NCBI GenBank assembly: GCA_965224245.1
Contig: OZ245046.1
Coordinates: 288,001-352,000, forward strand
Reading direction: 5' to 3'
Origin: Candidatus Eiseniibacteriota bacterium
GTDB taxonomy: Bacteria > Eisenbacteria > RBG-16-71-46 > CAZAMP01
DNA: 64,000 nt
The notes below the pieces were generated by a model. It was not told the origin of the DNA and did not search any database. It saw only the letters and a list, made by a program, of their open reading frames with translations. Of this stretch, positions 59,429 through 64,000 are shown piece by piece; the stretch's first letter is position 1, and each line of letters begins with the position of its first letter. The position numbers and the translations under genes were made by a program.

Positions 59429-62377
59429 TCATCCCGTGCGGAGATCGCGAAGCCGGCGCCGGGCATCCTCGATCTCGGCGATCCGCGGATCTCCGCCGTC
59501 CACGATGGAGAGGAACTGCACGAGCTGCGCGACGGCGTCCTCGGGCCGTCCGACGTTCTGGTAGCAGATGCCCAGGTGATAGTAGGCCCGGGCCGAGTCC
59601 AGGCCACACTGCAGTCTGTCTCCGTCATACCAGGTGACGGTCGTCTCCAGCAGCCCGATCGCCTTCTCCCACTGGCGAGTCTCCACGTAGCAGCGGCCGA
59701 GCGGGAGCCGGGTCCAGATCCAGTTGGCGCTCTGCGCTCTCTCCAGGTAGGAGATGGCCAGGTCCAGCTCGCCCCGGGTCATCTCCAGGTTGCCGCGAGC
59801 GACGTAGTAGTACGCCTGCAGGACGCTCGTCGAGCTGTCCTCGCGAGCGATGTACGGTTCGAGGTATCGATGGCTCTCCTCGACGGCTCCCACCCTGGCC
59901 AGCACGCTGGCGGCGTCGATGAGATCGAAGTCGTTCTCGGGTGGCGCGATCTCGAGCGCCCGATGCACGGCGGCCACGGCGCCGCTCCGATCGCCGATCT
60001 CTTGGAGGAGGAACCCACGCTGCTCGTGCCGAGCCGCCATGGTCTGGGAATGGACGCCTTCCATCTGGTCTACGGTCAGGGCCGCATCGATCTGACGCAA
60101 CGCTTCTTCGACCCGGCCCCGATAGGCCAGCAGCCCGATCAGCCCGGTGCGACCCCTTGCACGGGTCTCCGCGTCGGGACTCGCGAACAGATGGCGGAAC
60201 TGGCTCTCGGCCTTCTCGTAGTCGCCGTGAAACGCGTACATGTCGCCCAGCTTCGCCGCCGACTGGTAGTCGGCGAAGTCCGGCTTCATCTCGACCGCCT
60301 TCGCGTAGGACGCGATCGCCTCCTCGAGCCGGCCGTGCCGCGCGAAGATGTCGCCACGCGAGTCGTACGGGTTCGGCTCGTCCGGTGCCAGCTCGATGTA
60401 CGTGTCGAGCTCGTGGATCGCGCGATCCAGATCGCCCACCGCGCTGTAGGCGTACGCCAGCTCGTTGTGCACGGTCTTGTCGAGCGGATCGAGTGCCAGG
60501 AGCCTCTCCGCGTACTCGATCGCCTTCTCGGGCGGTCCCAGAATGCCGTACGCTTGCCGGAGACCCTCCAGGGCGTGCTTGTCGTCGGGGTACGTCTCCA
60601 GCACACGCTCCAGGGACGCGATGAATCGATCGGGGTCCGACGCCAGCCACGCCTCGGCGCCTTCGAGGTACATCTGCTCCCGGGTCGACGCCCGGTCGGC
60701 ATGTCGGACGGCCTGTGCGAGGTACTTCCGATCTCCTCGAGAACCGCCCAACCCTCCCAGCCGATAGGCGGCCATGGCGAACGTGGAGTCGATGGCGAGC
60801 GCCTGGAGGTACGCGTCCCGGGCCTCCTGGTTGAAGAACTTGCGCTCGTTCTCGATCCCCTCGAGATAGAAGCGGTAGGCATCCTCGGAGTTCGTGGACA
60901 GGCTCGCCACCGAGGGGGTCGTCTCGGCCGCCGACTCTTCCGTACCACCGAGGTCGTCCAGCGTCTCCTCGGTGATCCGGTCGACGAGCACGAAGATCGA
61001 CTCGCCCGGCACGCCGGTCGTCCGCTGAGACGCCACGACGTTGCCCGTCGCCACCTCCACGATCTGAGAGGTGACGACGTAGGCCGGCTCGGCCTGGAGA
61101 ATCGTCCCCTGCATCATCAGCCGGGCGTCGGTCCGCCTGGCCACGTCGGTGGCCGTGTCGCGGTCGATCCGGCGTTCGCCTTCACGCCCCAGCTGCTTCA
61201 AGACGTCGTAGAGGCGCTGGCTGGACACGACCCTCATGTTCGCCGCTTCCGAGAGCCCCGTGATCAGGAGCTCGGACACGATTTCCCCGTGACGCTTCGG
61301 ATCCTCCGGCTCCGCGAGGTTCTCGAAGTACATGATGGCGAGCGTGTTCGTGTCGGCCCCGGCCCCCGGTTCGGGTGTGACCCGGAGCTTCCACGGATCG
61401 AGGATCAGGAACGCCGCGAGCGCCGCGACGGCGACCAGCGCGCCGATCCCGACGCGCGCGTCGACGCGTGGCCTGCCGGGACCGACGGCCCCCACCGACC
61501 CGGTCGACGAGCCCACCTCCACCTGGAGCGACTCCAGCATGTTGGCCACGTCGAGGGCGCTCTGGAGGCGTCTTCGCGGGTCCTTCTCCAGACAGTGCTG
61601 GATGATGCGACCGAGCTGATTGGGGAGCTCGCTCCGGATCGCGGTCACGCTCGTCGGCGTGTCCTTGAGGACGGACGAGAGGCGGGACAGGCTCGTCTCG
61701 CCGTGAAACGGCTGACGACCGGTGGCCATCTCGTAGAGCAGGACGCCCAGCGAGAAGATGTCGGAGCGGGCGTCGACCGGCTTTCCCTCCGCCTGCTCGG
61801 GCGACATGTAGGCGACGGTGCCCAGGACCGTGCCGGCCGCCGTGTCGGGCGAGTCGTCCAGCACCGTCTCCGCCTCCGCCACCTCGTCGTCCGTTCGATC
61901 GAGGAGCTTGGCCAGGCCGAAGTCCAGCACCTTCACGCGGCCCTCGGCATCGACCATCACGTTGGCCGGCTTGAGGTCGCGGTGCGTGATGCCTGCGGCG
62001 TGAGCGCCGTGCACCGCCTCGGCCAGGGGGATGGCCAGATGGAAGAACCGAGAGAGCGGGAAGCCCCCCGACGGGAGCAGCTCGGAGATCGTCTTGCCCT
62101 CGACCAGCTCCATGGTCAGAAAGACGCGCCCGTCGGCCTCCTCGACCGAGTGAAGGGTCACGATGTTCGGGTGCGTGAGGGACGCGACGGCCCGGGCCTC
62201 GCGTTCGAAGCGGCGGCGGCGCTCCTCGTCGTGCGCCACGTCGGCGGGCAGGAGCTTGAGGGCGACGTCACGTCCCAGGCGCGTGTCGCGCGCGCGATAG
62301 ACCTCGCCCATCCCGCCGGCGCCGAGCGACGCGAGGATCGTGTAGCGTCCGAGCTGCGATCCGATCGTCAGTGACAT
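59429..62377 (-). CDS. Membrane Ser/Thr kinase with TolB-N-like domain and TPRs
   Basis: [31 protein letters not shown] segment; LAIMYFENL; TPRs. Confidence 0.92.
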   Translation of the reverse strand: MSLTIGSQLGRYTILASLGAGGMGEVYRARDTRLGRDVALKLLPADVAHDEERRRRFEREARAVASLTHPNIVTLHSVEEADGRVFLTMELVEGKTISELLPSGGFPLSRFFHLAIPLAEAVHGAHAAGITHRDLKPANVMVDAEGRVKVLDFGLAKLLDRTDDEVAEAETVLDDSPDTAAGTVLGTVAYMSPEQAEGKPVDARSDIFSLGVLLYEMATGRQPFHGETSLSRLSSVLKDTPTSVTAIRSELPNQLGRIIQHCLEKDPRRRLQSALDVANMLESLQVEVGSSTGSVGAVGPGRPRVDARVGIGALVAVAALAAFLILDPWKLRVTPEPGAGADTNTLAIMYFENLAEPEDPKRHGEIVSELLITGLSEAANMRVVSSQRLYDVLKQLGREGERRIDRDTATDVARRTDARLMMQGTILQAEPAYVVTSQIVEVATGNVVASQRTTGVPGESIFVLVDRITEETLDDLGGTEESAAETTPSVASLSTNSEDAYRFYLEGIENERKFFNQEARDAYLQALAIDSTFAMAAYRLGGLGGSRGDRKYLAQAVRHADRASTREQMYLEGAEAWLASDPDRFIASLERVLETYPDDKHALEGLRQAYGILGPPEKAIEYAERLLALDPLDKTVHNELAYAYSAVGDLDRAIHELDTYIELAPDEPNPYDSRGDIFARHGRLEEAIASYAKAVEMKPDFADYQSAAKLGDMYAFHGDYEKAESQFRHLFASPDAETRARGRTGLIGLLAYRGRVEEALRQIDAALTVDQMEGVHSQTMAARHEQRGFLLQEIGDRSGAVAAVHRALEIAPPENDFDLIDAASVLARVGAVEESHRYLEPYIAREDSSTSVLQAYYYVARGNLEMTRGELDLAISYLERAQSANWIWTRLPLGRCYVETRQWEKAIGLLETTVTWYDGDRLQCGLDSARAYYHLGICYQNVGRPEDAVAQLVQFLSIVDGGDPRIAEIEDARRRLRDLRTG

Positions 62378-62639
62378 CCGCCGCAGTCTACCCGAAGACC
62401 CCGGTGCCTCGATACCGCAGTTTTTTGGTCTCGAGCGCGGCCCCAGATGATGCAGACGCATCATGGAACCGCCGGATTCCCCATGGTCCAATGCTCCTGC
62501 GCCGGTGGCCGCATCATCGCTCCGGGCGGCGCCCGGTAGCGCATCTGATTGATCGCCTCGATATCGAATTGCCGCCATGACCCGATGGATCCCGTTCGGA
62601 GTGGCGGCTCGTGCGACACCCGACAACACCCAGCGCCTT

Positions 62640-62669
62640 GTGAGTCGCGTCGCCGTGGCCGCCCGCATG
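62640..62669 (+). promoter_or_regulatory. Candidate ECF promoter GTGAG-N19-CGCATG
   Basis: Matches 13824-13853; about 95 nt upstream of the gene at 62764. Confidence 0.45.
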
Positions 62670-62763
62670 TCAACCCATCGCAGCTCGCCATGTGCTGCCC
62701 GAGCACCTCCCCCGGTGATCCCTGCGCCCGATCTTCGGTTACCACCACAATCGTGAGGTCGTG

Positions 62764-64000
62764 ATGAAGAAATCCGTACCGAAGCTGACCATCACGGTGG
62801 CACTGGTGTCAGCTCTCTCTCTGATGACTGCGTCGTCCTCGGCCGCGGGCGATCGGCCAGCGGGCCTTCCGGCGACGACGACGGTCGACGTTCCCCAGGT
62901 TTCGGCTCCTGCCGGTGACGAGCTCGGTGTCCGATGTGCGCGCGTCGTGAGGGCCGAGCTCATCGGCGATACCGTCGCACGGTTCGGGGACGACGTCGCG
63001 GTGACCCGTCCGAGACAGTCCTCCAGCACTCCAGCGATGGCCATTCGCGCGAACGGCGACATCTTCGTCGTCACGGACGATCTGAGTGCCAACGCCCTCG
63101 ACATCTTCCGATCCACGAACGGCGGAAGCACGTGGATCTACCACGCGAGCCTCGTGGGCGACGCGCATCTCCTGACGCCATCGGTGGCCGTCGGCGAGGG
63201 CGTGGCGAACCGGCTGCTGGTGGCGTATCACTACGGAAAAGGTACGCCGAGCTCCTCGATCATCGTGTACTGGGAGGACCTCGACACGGGGGCGTACGGC
63301 TCGAGCGTGGTCATGACCGCTCCCGCACCGTACGATCCTCAGGATCCGGCGATCTGCGTCGACAGCCCCGAGTACGCCGACTGGTACGCCTATCTCACGT
63401 ACTCCTGGGACGCACCGATCCCGGCGCCCGACGGTGTCTACATCACCCAGTTCGTACGGTCGGTCGACCTGGGCGCCTCGTGGGTCGACCTCCGCACGTT
63501 GCAGTACAGTCCGGGTGACGTCCGATCCTCCGACATCGACTTCGCCGGGGAGACACTCGTGGCCGTCTATGCCCACGAGCGCCCCTCGGGCTCCGACCCG
63601 GACGTCTCGGCCCGGATCAGTCTCGACTACGGCGATACCTGGGCAGATCCGATCCCGCTCGCGGGCACGACGGCGGCCGAGGCCGGACCCCGCGTGGCGG
63701 TCGGCAACGCGGGAAGCCACGTGGTGGTCGCCTACACGGCGGAGATCACGGCGGAGGACATCGACATTCAGCAGTACTCCAGCACCGACGGTGGAGCGAG
63801 CTGGACGTGGAGCACGTGGCCGCACGTGGAGCTTCCCGAGTTCAACTGCGACGTGGTCGAGGACCCACGCACCGGCGGATTCCACGGGTCCTTCTGGCGC
63901 CAGAACTCAGGTGCGAACGGGTTCACGATGCACCTGCGGAGCGACGAGGTCGACCCGACGACGTGGCTGGATCTGAGCAACGTCTGCGATACCGGGCAGG
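62764..64000 (+). CDS. Secreted BNR/Asp-box (sialidase-like) protein, partial (absent from ORF track)
   Basis: GAGG RBS; MKKSVPKLTITVALVSALS signal; Asp-boxes STNGGSTW, SVDLGASW, SLDYGDTW, STDGGASW; runs off right edge. Confidence 0.82.
   Translation, partial: MKKSVPKLTITVALVSALSLMTASSSAAGDRPAGLPATTTVDVPQVSAPAGDELGVRCARVVRAELIGDTVARFGDDVAVTRPRQSSSTPAMAIRANGDIFVVTDDLSANALDIFRSTNGGSTWIYHASLVGDAHLLTPSVAVGEGVANRLLVAYHYGKGTPSSSIIVYWEDLDTGAYGSSVVMTAPAPYDPQDPAICVDSPEYADWYAYLTYSWDAPIPAPDGVYITQFVRSVDLGASWVDLRTLQYSPGDVRSSDIDFAGETLVAVYAHERPSGSDPDVSARISLDYGDTWADPIPLAGTTAAEAGPRVAVGNAGSHVVVAYTAEITAEDIDIQQYSSTDGGASWTWSTWPHVELPEFNCDVVEDPRTGGFHGSFWRQNSGANGFTMHLRSDEVDPTTWLDLSNVCDTGQ

Noticed and set aside
1-64000. 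Many long antisense or alternative-frame ORFs (e.g. 6648..8825, 13793..16330, 53445..56156, 59576..62374, 57223..59175)
   Set aside because: Shadow ORFs of real genes in high-GC DNA; Arg/Pro/Gly-rich with no motifs.
1-64000. Genome-wide UGA reassignment
   Set aside because: Most genes terminate at TGA exactly where their domains end, several with ATGA overlaps; only two UGAs sit at Cys positions with hairpins.
1-64000. Mobile elements, reverse transcriptases or prophage
   Set aside because: No transposase, integrase, RT or phage structural motifs found.

Overview
High-GC bacterial window made almost entirely of accessory genes. I saw no rRNA, tRNA, CRISPR array or intact mobile element. The content is dominated by (i) nine secreted proteins with a C-terminal FlgD-Ig/T9SS-like tail and two with a short S/T-W-x-x-L-R tail, a pattern suggesting an Eisenbacteria/Krumholzibacteriota/Latescibacterota-type lineage (inference), and (ii) five Hanks-type Ser/Thr kinases, three of them paired with ECF sigma factors. 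The main hidden signal is two genes the ORF track breaks at in-frame TGA codons. Each TGA sits at a conserved Cys position and is followed by a SECIS-like hairpin, so both are probable selenoproteins: a Cys-free ArsM-like methyltransferase (19529-20320) and a thioredoxin-fold UxxC lipoprotein (31378-32019, minus strand). Also present are a shared GTGAG-N19-CGCATG candidate ECF promoter, a MarR tandem operator over a sigma70 promoter, two frameshifted pseudogenes, an octaheme cytochrome c, orphan pilin and PilX-like genes, and two edge genes missed by the ORF track. Family calls come from motif recognition, not database searches.
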